Positions 9,069 through 19,596 of a DNA stretch of 64,000 nucleotides are shown in pieces (the stretch's first letter is position 1; every line of letters begins with the position of its first letter). Source of the DNA: Spirochaetia bacterium (GTDB lineage Bacteria; Spirochaetota; Spirochaetia; DSM-16054; Sediminispirochaetaceae). The notes under the pieces are model-generated. The model made no database searches, was not told the DNA's origin, and saw only the letters and a program-made list of their open reading frames with translations. The position numbers were made by a program, and so were the translations under genes. The stretch is taken from NCBI GenBank assembly GCA_034520965.1, contig JAXHMY010000003.1, positions 576,001 to 640,000 on the forward strand. Reading direction: 5' to 3'.

Positions 9069-9388
9069 GAAAAATGAACCGCGACGACATCTGGTATGTC
9101 GATCTCGGCGGCCATGCAGGAAGGCGTCCGGTAGTAATTCTTACCCGGCAGGCGGTACTGCAGCACCTGAACAAGGTTACCGTGGCCGAAGTCTCCACCC
9201 GGGACAAGGGGTATCCCACAGAGGTTTTTATTGGTGATATGGCTAATCTTCCCTCACCCTCCTTCGTACAGGCGGACAACCTACACACCGTACCAAAACA
9301 GCGGCTGGTAAAATACTCCGGCACCCTGGACGAGGCAACCATGAGGAAGACCTCGCGAAAAGTTGTCTTGGCGTTGGGGCTTGAATAA
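9065..9388 (+). CDS. mazF: PemK/MazF family endoribonuclease toxin
   Basis: 'MNRDDIWYVDLGG..GRRPVVILTR...VTVAEVST...SFVQADNLHTVPKQRL..YSGTL'. Confidence 0.88.
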   Translation: MRKMNRDDIWYVDLGGHAGRRPVVILTRQAVLQHLNKVTVAEVSTRDKGYPTEVFIGDMANLPSPSFVQADNLHTVPKQRLVKYSGTLDEATMRKTSRKVVLALGLE

Positions 9389-9428
9389 TAAAACCACATC
9401 TGCCGATTGACTGCGGGGATGAACCAGT

Positions 9429-9995
9429 TCAACCCTTTGCCCGAAAAGTCTCCGACAGGTCCAGCTCGAACCCCTGTAGGGCCGCCACCCCCGGCCGGTC
9501 TTCGGGACCGTACGCGCCCATGCGTTCGAAACGCTCTCCGTTATGGCGGTAGATTTCCACCACCTGCTCGTCCGGATCGACAATCCAGTATTCGCGTACC
9601 CCGTACCTCTCGTAAAGAGCAAACTTCTGCTTTCTGTCCTTTCTTCCTGAAGCAGGAGAGACTATCTCGACTATTAGGTCCGGCGCTCCCTGCATACCCC
9701 ACTCAGTGAGCTTGTCCCCGTCACAGCAGAGGACCACATCCGGCTGTACCACCGTTGGTGCGTCATCTTCATCCTCTTCGGTTAGTTTCACATCAAAGGG
9801 TGCGGCAAATACCTCGCAGCCGGAATCTTTGCTTGCATTTGCAAATTGCCGTACGAATTCCACCAGTATCTGCTGGTGATTTCGTGAAGGGGCGGGACTC
9901 ATGTCCCAGGCCACTCCATCGATGAGTTCCCACCGCTCTTCTTCCGGCCATGAGCGATAATCTTCCCAACTGTATCGTTCTATAATGCCCCCCAC
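9429..9995 (-). CDS. Uma2 family (DUF820) PD-(D/E)XK endonuclease-like protein
   Basis: 'RWELIDG..MSPAPSRNHQ', 'VVQPDV', 'GAPDLIVEIVSP', 'KFALYERYGVREYWIVDP'. Confidence 0.92.
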   Translation of the reverse strand: MGGIIERYSWEDYRSWPEEERWELIDGVAWDMSPAPSRNHQQILVEFVRQFANASKDSGCEVFAAPFDVKLTEEDEDDAPTVVQPDVVLCCDGDKLTEWGMQGAPDLIVEIVSPASGRKDRKQKFALYERYGVREYWIVDPDEQVVEIYRHNGERFERMGAYGPEDRPGVAALQGFELDLSETFRAKG

Positions 9996-10075
9996 TTATA
10001 GTAGAGTATATCAGAAAACTCCTGTCGGCGGTAGGCTGAGAACCTGATATGATCAGCAATTCAATCTTGCCTTAG

Positions 10076-10993
10076 CTACCCGGCCATCCACGTCACCCAC
10101 AGGGGCAGGGTAAGCAGGGATGCTATCGAAGAAATAAATATCACCGTAACAGTCAAGGAGCGGTCCAGGGGATACATCGAGCTCAGGGCAAAGGGCGTTA
10201 CCGCCAAGGGCATCGCCGCCTCAAGCACCGTCACCTGGTACATTTCAATACTGTTCAGCCTCCAGGCTACCAGATAAAAAAGTGCCGGTACAATAAACAG
10301 CCGCACCGCCGATACCGCCAGGGCGGGCCTCCAAATTGAACGCAGTGGGATTTTTCGGGCCAGAAACACCCCCAAACTCACCAGCACTACCGGCGAGGCC
10401 GACTGGGAAATCATATCCAGGGCTGCGTGCACTGCAGCGGGAACCTCCCAGCCCAGGGCAAACACAAGCACGCCCAATACAATGGCTACGATAAAAGGGT
10501 TGCGCAGAATACCGTAGGCAATCTGCAGCAGAGACTCGCGCTGATGCCGCCGTACCTCCAAAAGCAAAATCCCCAGCGAAAACAACACCAGCACATAGAT
10601 CGAAATAATAATGGTCGTCTCCGGCCCCTTCCCCGGATACACCCTGCTAATCAAGGGATAGCCCAGGTAGGCTACATTCCCGAAGATAGCCGCCACCATA
10701 ATTGCATTCGCCCGCTCACGGGGCAGTTTCAACAGAATAGACACCCCTAACGCCCCCAGCATAATCAGAACCAGCAAAAGTCCGTTCACAAGAAACACTT
10801 CCGCCTTTTCCGCCACATCCTCGGGAACCAGACTAATCAAATTCAGGAAGATAAGTGAGGGAAATCCGATATACAGGCCGTAGCGGTTCAGCACTTCCAC
10901 CCAGGTATCATCGGCAACCTTCGTGATCTTTAAGACAGATCCAACTCCAATCAACAGAAAAATGGGCACAATCAGTTTAAATATTTCAAGCAT
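10076..10993 (-). CDS. AEC (auxin efflux carrier) family transporter
   Basis: 'IVPIFLLIGVG', 'FPSLIF', 'FGNVAYLGYPL', 'LRNPFI', 'LEAAMP', 'SLLTLPLW'. Confidence 0.88.
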   Translation of the reverse strand: MLEIFKLIVPIFLLIGVGSVLKITKVADDTWVEVLNRYGLYIGFPSLIFLNLISLVPEDVAEKAEVFLVNGLLLVLIMLGALGVSILLKLPRERANAIMVAAIFGNVAYLGYPLISRVYPGKGPETTIIISIYVLVLFSLGILLLEVRRHQRESLLQIAYGILRNPFIVAIVLGVLVFALGWEVPAAVHAALDMISQSASPVVLVSLGVFLARKIPLRSIWRPALAVSAVRLFIVPALFYLVAWRLNSIEMYQVTVLEAAMPLAVTPFALSSMYPLDRSLTVTVIFISSIASLLTLPLWVTWMAG

Positions 10994-11131
10994 AACCCCA
11001 CTACTATATGTCCTCTTGCGGGTAAGGTAAAGCGGTATCTTTCAACGCGGTACCTTTCAATTAAAGATAGATTGCTTTTAGCCAAATATGGGGTACAATA
11101 ATTATATAGATTAACGTAAGGAGGAACATCA

Positions 11132-11605
11132 ATGAAGTTGGAAGATTCGTCAGGAACAGTCACCGAGGCAAGGAGTCCAAAGGATATCGAGAGCCTTATC
11201 GACAAAGTAGGAAAAGGGATAGACCACTGTATTCTCAGCGATGGCGATGCCTATATACAGACAGCCGCCTCCGGATCCGGCCTGCTGGTCCAATACGGTG
11301 ATTCCTCGGGAAATTACGAGGGTATAGACCCCAGCCTTCCTCCCCAGACCGTAAAGAAGATGTTCACCGCCTTCTTTCAACATGACGAGTCCTGGAAGAC
11401 ACACACAGCCTTCTCGCAGATAGGCGAGGCAAAGCCTGCTTCTGCAGCTTCCTCTCCGGCCGGAGCATCCCAAGCTGCCGAATCTCCCGGAAGCAGAGAG
11501 GACCTTAAAAATAGCGTGATAAATTCGGTAAAGCGGGAAGCCCAAACCTCCTTTTCATATATGATTCGACGTGTCCTGCGCAGGTTTATCCGAAGAATAT
11601 TTTAG
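11132..11605 (+). CDS. Hypothetical protein
   Basis: 157-aa ORF with strong SD (AAGGAGG); no recognised motif. Confidence 0.7.
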   Translation: MKLEDSSGTVTEARSPKDIESLIDKVGKGIDHCILSDGDAYIQTAASGSGLLVQYGDSSGNYEGIDPSLPPQTVKKMFTAFFQHDESWKTHTAFSQIGEAKPASAASSPAGASQAAESPGSREDLKNSVINSVKREAQTSFSYMIRRVLRRFIRRIF

Positions 11606-11615
11606 GAGTTCGAAT

Positions 11616-12722
11616 ATGAGTAAGTTACACATCCGCAGTACTCTCCTGCCTGTGTTGATGCTGCTGCTTCTATCCATTTCTCTCCCGAACATCTCCGCCC
11701 AGGAGCAGCTTTCGGATGGCTGGCTGCGCTTCACCCTCACAGGCCGAACATCCAAGCCCGACTGGACAGCCTCCTCGGTATTGGAATCGGATCAGCTGTA
11801 TCGGGACTCGCGCTACGGACCGGAAAAGGCACTGGACGGCGACCCTGCCACTGCCTGGGTAGAGGGGGTCCCCGGTCCGGGCCTCGGCGAGAGCTATGTA
11901 ATTGGTCTGCCCCACTATCCCGAAGCTATGGGATTCATAAACGGCTATGCAAAAAACCGGGGCCTCTTTGAAAAAAACTACCGGGTAAAAGAGCTAAGGG
12001 TGCAGGTTTTCGCAGGCCTCTCCGTCAGTGCTTTTGCAACCGAAATAGCCCAGTTTTTCGATGCCCGCCCGATAAGTGATTCACAGACTATCAAGCTTGC
12101 CGACATAATGGAAGCTCAGCGAACCGAACTGCCCTTCGATCGCAGCCGCATACTCGCCCGTATGCGTGAGTTCCGCAACTCCGAGGAAGTACGTTCGTGG
12201 GACTTCCCCCAAGCCGCAGAAATGGGGGCCGACGGCAGCGAAGGACTGTCAGTCTCTTTTCGCTACCTTATCCGTTTAGAGATAGCCGACACCTACCCCG
12301 GATCCAAGTGGGAGGACACCTGCATCGCAGAACTCTGGCCGGATTACGGCAGGGCCTCGAAAGCCTCCGTATCGCAGGACGACAAGAGCCTTGTTATTAC
12401 CGATGGTGCGGGTGAACAGATCCCCACCTACTCCGACTTTGAATACGTACTTACCCTGGTAGAGACGAGCCGCAACAAGGAGTGGGCGATAGTAATTAAG
12501 GAGCCCGCCTATGCTGATGAGGGCCGGATATCCAGCACCTACGCAGTAATCCACACTCCCACCGGACGGGATATGAGCCAACGCATCTTTGGCCCCTCCG
12601 CCGAAAAGCTCGGCGCCGGCCTACTGCCCACCGGCTTCACCCGGGAGCAGGGCACCACTTACTTGGAGTATGAGGATTTCGAACAGGGCGAAACTAAACA
12701 GACTCCACTTAGTCTTTATTGA
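11616..12722 (+). CDS. Secreted protein with discoidin-like (NADase-type glycan-binding) domain
   Basis: Signal peptide from MSKLHIRS (SD AGGAG); 'ASSVL..YGPEKALDGDPATAWVEGVPGPGLGE', 'INGYAKN..FEKNYRVKEL', 'YPGSKWEDTCIAEL'. Confidence 0.7.
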   Translation: MSKLHIRSTLLPVLMLLLLSISLPNISAQEQLSDGWLRFTLTGRTSKPDWTASSVLESDQLYRDSRYGPEKALDGDPATAWVEGVPGPGLGESYVIGLPHYPEAMGFINGYAKNRGLFEKNYRVKELRVQVFAGLSVSAFATEIAQFFDARPISDSQTIKLADIMEAQRTELPFDRSRILARMREFRNSEEVRSWDFPQAAEMGADGSEGLSVSFRYLIRLEIADTYPGSKWEDTCIAELWPDYGRASKASVSQDDKSLVITDGAGEQIPTYSDFEYVLTLVETSRNKEWAIVIKEPAYADEGRISSTYAVIHTPTGRDMSQRIFGPSAEKLGAGLLPTGFTREQGTTYLEYEDFEQGETKQTPLSLY

Positions 12723-13883
12723 AGTCTCGCTTTACCTGCATTTGGAACTCCTCATCCAGGAAAAAATCCACTGCTGTAGCAGCCATCGCTTTAGCGGCAA
12801 GGATCATAGTGCGGTGCCCCTGCTCGGATACAGCCGCATCGGCAAACTTCCGGGAATGATAGATGAGGGAGCTGTCCCCAATTTCCAGATAGGGATGAAT
12901 GGAAGGGGTAATGTGGCTCACATTTCCCATATCAGTGAATCCGATGTCATCCATCGGCTCGTTCTCTTTAAAGACCACTCCTAAGGATTCAATGTTCCGC
13001 TGAAAAGATTCTGTGAGAGGCCGGTTTGTCTTGAGTGTTTTATACGCACCGCCGCGCTCGTGAAAATTAAGGATAGCCCCGGTTGCAGAGGCTGCACCGG
13101 CGGCACAATCCCTTACCTTCTTTACCATCTGCGTGCAGTACTCATCATCAAGGGAGCGCACATAAAAAAGTGCTGATGAGTGATCCGGCACTATATTTGG
13201 GGCTTTGCCCCCATCAGTATTATGCCGTGGACTCGGACATCTGTGCGCATATGCTGGCGAAGGGCGTTGATATTATTGAAAGTCTGGATAGCCGCATCCA
13301 GCGCGTTAATCCCCTTCTCCGGCGAACTGGCGGCATGGGCGGCTTTCCCAATAAACTCTATCTCCACAATCCGGCTTGCCATTGCGTACTTCCAGAGTTG
13401 GTTTTGCGGGGATGGATGAAACATCATCGCCGCATCAACCTCGTCAAACACCCCCCGGTCGGCCAGCAGTATTTTTCCGCCGCCCCCCTCTTCTGCCGGG
13501 GTGCCTATAAGCTCTACGATACCCGGCAGAGTCTCAAATGCAGTGGCAATCGCTAGTGCCGCACCTAGTCCGGCGGTACCTATTAGGTTGTGACCACAGG
13601 CGTGGCCAACCTCAGGCAGGGCGTCGTATTCCGATAAGAAAGCTAACACCGGTCCATTGTGTTTACCTCGGTACACCGCCTTGAAGGCTGTATCCACATC
13701 TGAAATCTGTCTAGTTATCTCAAACCCGAACTCCTCCGCAGTTCCAGACAACAAATTAGATGCAAAATACTCTTCAAAATTAGTTTCAGGATGAGCATGG
13801 ATCTGTGTGGATATGTCTATCAGCCGCGGGGTCAACTCATCAATCGCCATATACACAGACTGTTTCTGATCTTCAACCTTCAT
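12709..13883 (-). CDS. M20D amidohydrolase (ACY1L2/AbgB/HmrA-like); -1 frameshift near 13218
   Basis: 'IHAHPETNFEE', 'SEYDALPEVGHACGHNLIG', 'GTPAEEGGGGK', 'GKAAHAA..PEKGINALDA'; adding one base restores 'GII(T)DGGKAPNIVPD' joining ORF 13191..13883 to 12709..13191 ('TDMGNVSH..PSIHP'). Confidence 0.88.
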
Positions 13884-13908
13884 CTAAGTAATAGCCTCCC
13901 TCAAGCCT

Positions 13909-14887
13909 TTACACATACAAATGGCACTTCACCACAGAACCGTCGGAAGTCTCTACACTGGGCGGTTCTGTTTCCTCGCATATTTTTCCAATTTTACGAG
14001 GACAACGAGGATGGAATCTACAGCCATGTGGCGGGTTGATCGGGCTCGGCACTTCTCCATGCAACACTTTTCTCTTCGGACCCTCCGGTTCCAATCGAGG
14101 TATCGAATCCAACAGGGCTTTGGTATAGGGGTGTTTGGGATTGGAAAAAAGAGTTTTTGTGTCGGCATTTTCCATAATCCAGCCCAGGTACATTACAGCT
14201 ACCCTATCGCTCACATGTTTCACCACACTCAAATCGTGGGCAATAAAAAGGTATGAAAGGTTAAGTTTCTCCTGTAAGGATAACAGTAAATTTATAATTT
14301 GAGCCTGTATGCTCACATCCAAAGCCGTTACCGGTTCATCACAGATAATAAACTCAGGGTCCACCGAGAGGGCGCGTGCAATGCCAACCCGCTGCCGCTG
14401 TCCTCCGGAAAGCTCGTGGGGATAGCGGTTGATGAAGCGTTTGGGTATGCCGGTCATATCCATTACTTCCAGCAAGCGGTCCTCGTAGTCTTTCCGATAA
14501 AGATACTTGTGAATATGAAAGGGCTCGCTGATGATCTGCCCGACAGTCTTTCGACGGTTGAGGGAAGTGCTGGGATCCTGAAAGATCATCTGAATACTGC
14601 GTCGAAGCACTTTCTCATTCTTGCGGTTTACTCCAAATACAGTTTTGTTCTTATATAGCACTTGTCCCTCGGTGGGCTGCAGTCAAATTTGCGATGAGCC
14701 TCCCAACAGTAGACTTGCCTGAACCCGACTCCCCCACCAGGCCGAGGGTCTGGCCGCGTCCAAGAGAAAAACTCACCGAATCTACGGCCTGCACACTCCT
14801 GCGATCAAAAATCTGGGAAAACCAATCTCCCCCTACGGGAAAATGTTTTTTCAAATCTCTTACCGACAATAGTTGTTCATTCGGCAT
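13909..14887 (-). CDS. Oligopeptide/dipeptide ABC ATP-binding protein (OppF-like); +1 frameshift near 14683
   Basis: Walker A 'GESGSGKST' in 14651..14887; 'IFQDP', 'ELSGGQRQR', 'ICDEPV', 'HPYT', 'GCRFHPRC' in 13909..14661; removing one base gives '[13 protein letters not shown]'. Confidence 0.88.
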
Positions 14888-15864
14888 AATCGAGCTCCCT
14901 TGCGCGGATACAGGCTACCTTATGTGATGCATACAGCTTCCTCCAAACCGGGATCGGTTCCATTACACTCGTCCTTGGCATACACACAACGAGGTGCAAA
15001 ATTGCATCCCGGAGGAAGATTTATCAGGTCGGGCACTTCACCCTTAATCGAGAAGAGATTATCAGTAACCGCCTCATCAATACGCGGAATCGAGCGCATG
15101 AGGCCACGTGTGTAGGGATGCAGCTGTCGCTTAAACACATCTTTTACCGTTCCCTGTTCAATTATTCTTCCCGAATACATCACCGCTATTTTATCGCAGC
15201 TATTAGCCACTACTGACAAATCGTGGGTTATGAGTATAATGCCCATGTCCAGTTCATGTTTAAGTGAATCGATCAGTTCAAATATCTGCGCCTCAATGGT
15301 CACATCCAGAGCAGTGGTTGGCTCATCGAGGATCAGCAGTTTCGGGTTGGCGCTGATAGCCATGGCAATTAACACCCGCTGTCGCATTCCACCGCTAAAC
15401 TCATGCGGATAGTTCCCGTAGCGTTTATGGGGTTCGGGAATTCCCACCAATTCAAGCAGCTCTATTACTCGTTTTTTCAGCTGCTCCTTCGTTAACTTGG
15501 TATGATAGCGCAAAACCCGGCGTATCTGGTCACCAACAGTAATAGTAGGATTAAGCGAGCTGAGGCTGTCCTGAAAGACCATGGCAATACTGCCCCCTCG
15601 AATGGAAGTCATTTCGTTTTCGCTCTTTTTCAGTAAATCCTCATCCTCGAAAAAGATGCTTCCGCTCTCGATTCTACCAGGATTCTCGACCATCCCCATT
15701 ATTGTCATTGCCGTGACTGTCTTTCCGGAACCGGATTCTCCCACAATACCAAGGGTCTCTCCCTTCTTTAGTGTGAGGGTTGTTCCGTCCACCGCTCGCA
15801 CCACACCATATTCCGTATAAAATCGAGTAAACAGGTTTTCCATATGCAACAAATTTTCACTCAT
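14877..15864 (-). CDS. Oligopeptide/dipeptide ABC ATP-binding protein (OppD-like); probable +1 frameshift near 14937 truncating the C-terminus
   Basis: Start MSENLL; 'GESGSGKT', 'EFSGGMRQR', 'LDEPTTALD', 'GCNFAPRC'; ORF stops at 14920 but the alternative frame gives the typical tail '[15 protein letters not shown]' ending at 14877. Confidence 0.88.
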
Positions 15865-15877
15865 GCTTCCATCCTGC

Positions 15878-16843
15878 TCATTGCTGAATTCTACGGGATT
15901 GCCGCGGATCCAAAGAATCCCGCAGCCCATCTCCCAGAAAGTTAAATCCGAGAATAGCTGTCGAGATAAAGAGCCCCGGCACCACTGCATACCACCAACT
16001 TCCACTAAAGAGAAAATCCCGGGATTCGTTCAACATAACCCCCAAACTCGCATGCGGGGGCTGCAGCCCCAATCCAAGAAAACTAAGTGAAGCGCTTATC
16101 AATACCGTTTCAGCCATCATTAATGAGGCCTGGACCAAAATCGGGGGGATTGTATTTATAAAAATTTCTTTGACGATTATTCGAGTATCCGAGGCCCCGA
16201 TCACCTTGGCCGCAGCCACATAATCTTCGCTCACCTCCTGCAACACTACACTCCGCATTACCCGTGCAAAGCGGGGGGAGTAGGTAATAGCGATTACCAT
16301 CATGATTTTGAACATGTTCGAAACGGAAACCCCGAAAATAACCGTTTCCCCTATGCCGAAGGCTCCGATCAATGCAATCGCCAGCACTATCGCCGGAAAG
16401 GAGAGCATTATATCCACCACCCGCATAATAAGCTCGTCTATCCAGGTACCGCGGTGGTATCCTGCCAGAGCGCCCATCACCACTCCCAAAAGAAAAGAAA
16501 TTCCGATTGCTCCCACCGCCAGATTTAGCATTGACCTGGTTCCGTAGAAAGCCCTGGACAAAATATCGCGGCCATATCTGTCGGAGCCCAGTAGAAACAA
16601 GTGACCATCTTCGCTTCTCTCCAGAGGAGGCAAAGGATTATGCTCTCCCGCGGGAGCTTTAAACTGCTCTACCGGATTTACCGGAGACAGCAGGGGTGCA
16701 AACAGAGCGATAATAATAAACACCAGTACAATGCTTCCGCCTATTACCGAGAGCCTGTTTTTACTGAAATTTTTCCAGATTTCCTTGACGACTCCACGGT
16801 GGCGGGCAGCGGTCAACTGGACAGTTGCTTTTGCTTGATTCAT
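15878..16843 (-). CDS. Peptide ABC transporter permease (OppC/DppC-like)
   Basis: 'LGSDRYGRDILSR', 'DYVAAAKVIGAS', 'LSFLGLG', 'NFLGDGLRDSLDPR'. Confidence 0.92.
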   Translation of the reverse strand: MNQAKATVQLTAARHRGVVKEIWKNFSKNRLSVIGGSIVLVFIIIALFAPLLSPVNPVEQFKAPAGEHNPLPPLERSEDGHLFLLGSDRYGRDILSRAFYGTRSMLNLAVGAIGISFLLGVVMGALAGYHRGTWIDELIMRVVDIMLSFPAIVLAIALIGAFGIGETVIFGVSVSNMFKIMMVIAITYSPRFARVMRSVVLQEVSEDYVAAAKVIGASDTRIIVKEIFINTIPPILVQASLMMAETVLISASLSFLGLGLQPPHASLGVMLNESRDFLFSGSWWYAVVPGLFISTAILGFNFLGDGLRDSLDPRQSRRIQQ

Positions 16844-16855
16844 TTCACTATTCTC

Positions 16856-17818
16856 CTACTCAGAACTGGTGTACTGGATCCGCGGGTCGAGTTTTGCATA
16901 AGTAAGATCCACTCCGAGGTTCACCACTATTCTCACCAGTACAATGATGAGTACCACCGCCTGTATCACCGGAAAGTCTCGTCGAAATACCGCGTTCAAC
17001 ACTAAATTACCGATTCCAGGTAGCCGAAACACACTCTCGGTTACTACTGAGCCCCCCAATAAATATCCGATCGAGTTGCCTATTACAGTAACCACCGGTA
17101 TCAGTGCATTCTTCACGATATCCCGGACAACCACGTCCGACCTTTTAATGCCCATCGCACGGGAAGTACGCACATAATCCTTACTCATCACATCGAGCAT
17201 CGACGAGCGCATCATTCGCATAACAATTGCCGAGTATGATGAGCCGAGGGCGAGGCCCGGCAGCAGCATCCTTTGTAAATTCGGGCCCAGCCCATCGCTT
17301 AGAGGAACAAAACCTCCGGCTCCCCAACTTTTCATGAATATCACACCAAACAGGAGGATTAATAAAATACCCTTGAAAAAATTTGGTATCGATATGCCTA
17401 CCAAGGCGAAGACCCTGGCTGCATGATCGATGGGTTTGTTTTGTTTAAGAGCCGAGATAATGCCGGTGGGAATTGCAATCAGCAGGGCCACCACCATTGC
17501 AAAGACTACCAGCTCCAGGGTAACCGTGAAGCGCTCGGCAATCAGATTCGCCACCGGAGCTCCTCTTTGAACACTAATTGACATCCCGAAATCACCGCGC
17601 AGTACATTTCCAAGCCACATAAAATATTGCTCGTGCAGTGGCAGGTCGAGTCCCAACCGTTGCTGCATCTTTTCAACTAAGGCTTGGTCTTGAATCGGAC
17701 CCAACATAACGCGGACGGGATCTCCCGGGGCAATATGCACCAATAAGAAGATGATAATACTGGCGACGATGAGGGTCGGAATTGCCATCATAAATCTTTT
17801 TAAAATATAGATGCTCAC
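16856..17818 (-). CDS. Peptide ABC transporter permease (OppB/DppB-like)
   Basis: Probable GTG start after SD AAGGAG; 'PGDPV', 'LGLDLPLHEQY', 'GDFGMS', 'DYVRTSRAMG', 'RDFPVIQ', 'LDPRI'. Confidence 0.92.
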   Translation of the reverse strand: MSIYILKRFMMAIPTLIVASIIIFLLVHIAPGDPVRVMLGPIQDQALVEKMQQRLGLDLPLHEQYFMWLGNVLRGDFGMSISVQRGAPVANLIAERFTVTLELVVFAMVVALLIAIPTGIISALKQNKPIDHAARVFALVGISIPNFFKGILLILLFGVIFMKSWGAGGFVPLSDGLGPNLQRMLLPGLALGSSYSAIVMRMMRSSMLDVMSKDYVRTSRAMGIKRSDVVVRDIVKNALIPVVTVIGNSIGYLLGGSVVTESVFRLPGIGNLVLNAVFRRDFPVIQAVVLIIVLVRIVVNLGVDLTYAKLDPRIQYTSSE

Positions 17819-17834
17819 CAATAACTCCTTTGAA

Positions 17835-17867
17835 GGCTGAGACGGGAACATATTCCCCGTCTCAGCC
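17835..17867 (-). promoter_or_regulatory. Intercistronic stem-loop after the substrate-binding protein gene (mRNA stabiliser or partial terminator)
   Basis: GGCTGAGACGGG...CCCGTCTCAGCC perfect 12-bp stem. Confidence 0.6.
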
Positions 17868-17881
17868 GCTGCGTATTGCTT

Positions 17882-19570
17882 TTATTCGGAAAAGTTGTTG
17901 ATATGACGAAGATTCACAATACCGATTGAACTTAGGCCGTCACCATAGCCTTTTAAGTCTTGGTCCCATGCAAACAGGCTGTCTACTATCATCAGGTCAA
18001 TTCCGACTACCTTTTCAACAACCATTTCCTGCAGTTCCCACACCATCTCTTTACGCTTCTCTGGGTCGGTTTCCTTGATGGCCTGCTTATGCAGCTCAAC
18101 CCACTCCTCGTGGCCAGGAACACTTTCGTGATACAGGTCACGTAGATCTGGGGCGGCATGGTGCCAATGGTTCGGGCTCCAGTTGTTCCAAGGGTAGTTA
18201 AATCCCAAATAGGACAGTACCGAGAAATCACTGAATACCCAGTCTTCAACCAGAATGTCCCAGTCGTTGCTCTCGTACATGGTGTCAAACAGGGTGGCTT
18301 TATCCACCGGAACTACCTCGGACTCGACACCGTATTTGCGCAGCTGCTCTTGTATAATGGTAGCCATATCGACAAACCATTGGGCATTAGTAGCCTGCAT
18401 CTCAAAACTCAAACCTCCATCTGCAAATCCGGCCTTCGCCAGATGCTCCTTTGCCAATTCCGGATCATAGGGTTTCATTTTTTTCAATTTTGGAGAGGTC
18501 CACTCACTATCAGGGTACCAGGGTCCCTTGGCAATAGTTGCCATGCCGTAGAAAAGCTGGTCGGCAATCGCCTCTCGATTGATGGCATGATAGAGAAACT
18601 TCCTTACGTGATACGCCCTTTCTATCTCCTCCTCATCACCAATTTGGTCTTCGGAAATTCCGATCGGCGGATTGCTCAGGTTAAGATAGAGTATCTGCAG
18701 CGCGGTTCCCGGCATTCTTTTGGTTTCAATGTCGGGCATATTCTTTATCGTTTCATAATCTCTGAAAGGGACCTTATCAATTATATCAACCGAGCCTGAA
18801 ATCAAAGCCGAAAGCTTGGCCGAAGGATCGCCTATAAACTCAAAAATCACCTGATCCGCCTGCTGCACATCCTCGTCCCAGTAGTTTTCGTTTTTCTCCA
18901 GAACAATTCTAGAGCCGCTTCGCCAGCTGGCAAACTTATAGGGTCCGGTTCCAATTGGAGCTCTGGTTAAGTCGGTTCCCGGCTTTCCACCTACCCCCTT
19001 TTCCTCGGTGCGTTTACCATGGGAGCCCTCCGGCACAACTCCGAACATAGAAGTTCCCGCCCACATTGCCAGTGCGTGGGGTGTAGGACTCTCGAAGGTA
19101 ACTTCAAGGGTATAATCGTCCAGTATGTTTATATCGCTTACCGGACCGATCTGCCCCTTCCACGGAGCATCGTTATCCTCATTAAGCTGCCACTCCAGGT
19201 TATACTTTACATCCGCCGCGGTAAAATCACTACCGTCGTGGAACTTTACCCCCTCACGCAAGTACAAAATAAGAGTCTTGTTTTCGTTTTTCCATTCGTA
19301 CTCCTTTGTAAGCGAGCCTTCCGTAGTCAATTGATTCTCTTCGTTGTACTCGATTATCGGGTCGTAGATATTTTTGAGCAGATGGTACGAGCCGGTATCT
19401 GTCGCAGTAGCGGGGTCTAGATCCCAGGGCTCAGTAGAAATTCCTACCTTCAGTTCCGTCAACTCGTCTTGCCCCTCAGCTGTGCCGCTTGCTTCGCCTT
19501 GCCCCCCGGCAAAGCTGAAAGCAAGCACACCCAATGACAGAATAAGGATACTCACAACTCTTCTTAACAT
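17882..19570 (-). CDS. Peptide/nickel ABC transporter substrate-binding protein (family 5)
   Basis: Signal peptide then 'AGGQGE'; 'LREGVKFHDGSDFTAADVKY', 'PIGTGPYKF', 'LEKNENYW'. Confidence 0.92.
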   Translation of the reverse strand: MLRRVVSILILSLGVLAFSFAGGQGEASGTAEGQDELTELKVGISTEPWDLDPATATDTGSYHLLKNIYDPIIEYNEENQLTTEGSLTKEYEWKNENKTLILYLREGVKFHDGSDFTAADVKYNLEWQLNEDNDAPWKGQIGPVSDINILDDYTLEVTFESPTPHALAMWAGTSMFGVVPEGSHGKRTEEKGVGGKPGTDLTRAPIGTGPYKFASWRSGSRIVLEKNENYWDEDVQQADQVIFEFIGDPSAKLSALISGSVDIIDKVPFRDYETIKNMPDIETKRMPGTALQILYLNLSNPPIGISEDQIGDEEEIERAYHVRKFLYHAINREAIADQLFYGMATIAKGPWYPDSEWTSPKLKKMKPYDPELAKEHLAKAGFADGGLSFEMQATNAQWFVDMATIIQEQLRKYGVESEVVPVDKATLFDTMYESNDWDILVEDWVFSDFSVLSYLGFNYPWNNWSPNHWHHAAPDLRDLYHESVPGHEEWVELHKQAIKETDPEKRKEMVWELQEMVVEKVVGIDLMIVDSLFAWDQDLKGYGDGLSSIGIVNLRHINNFSE

Positions 19571-19596
19571 TTCACATCCCTCCTTTTTATTTTAAT

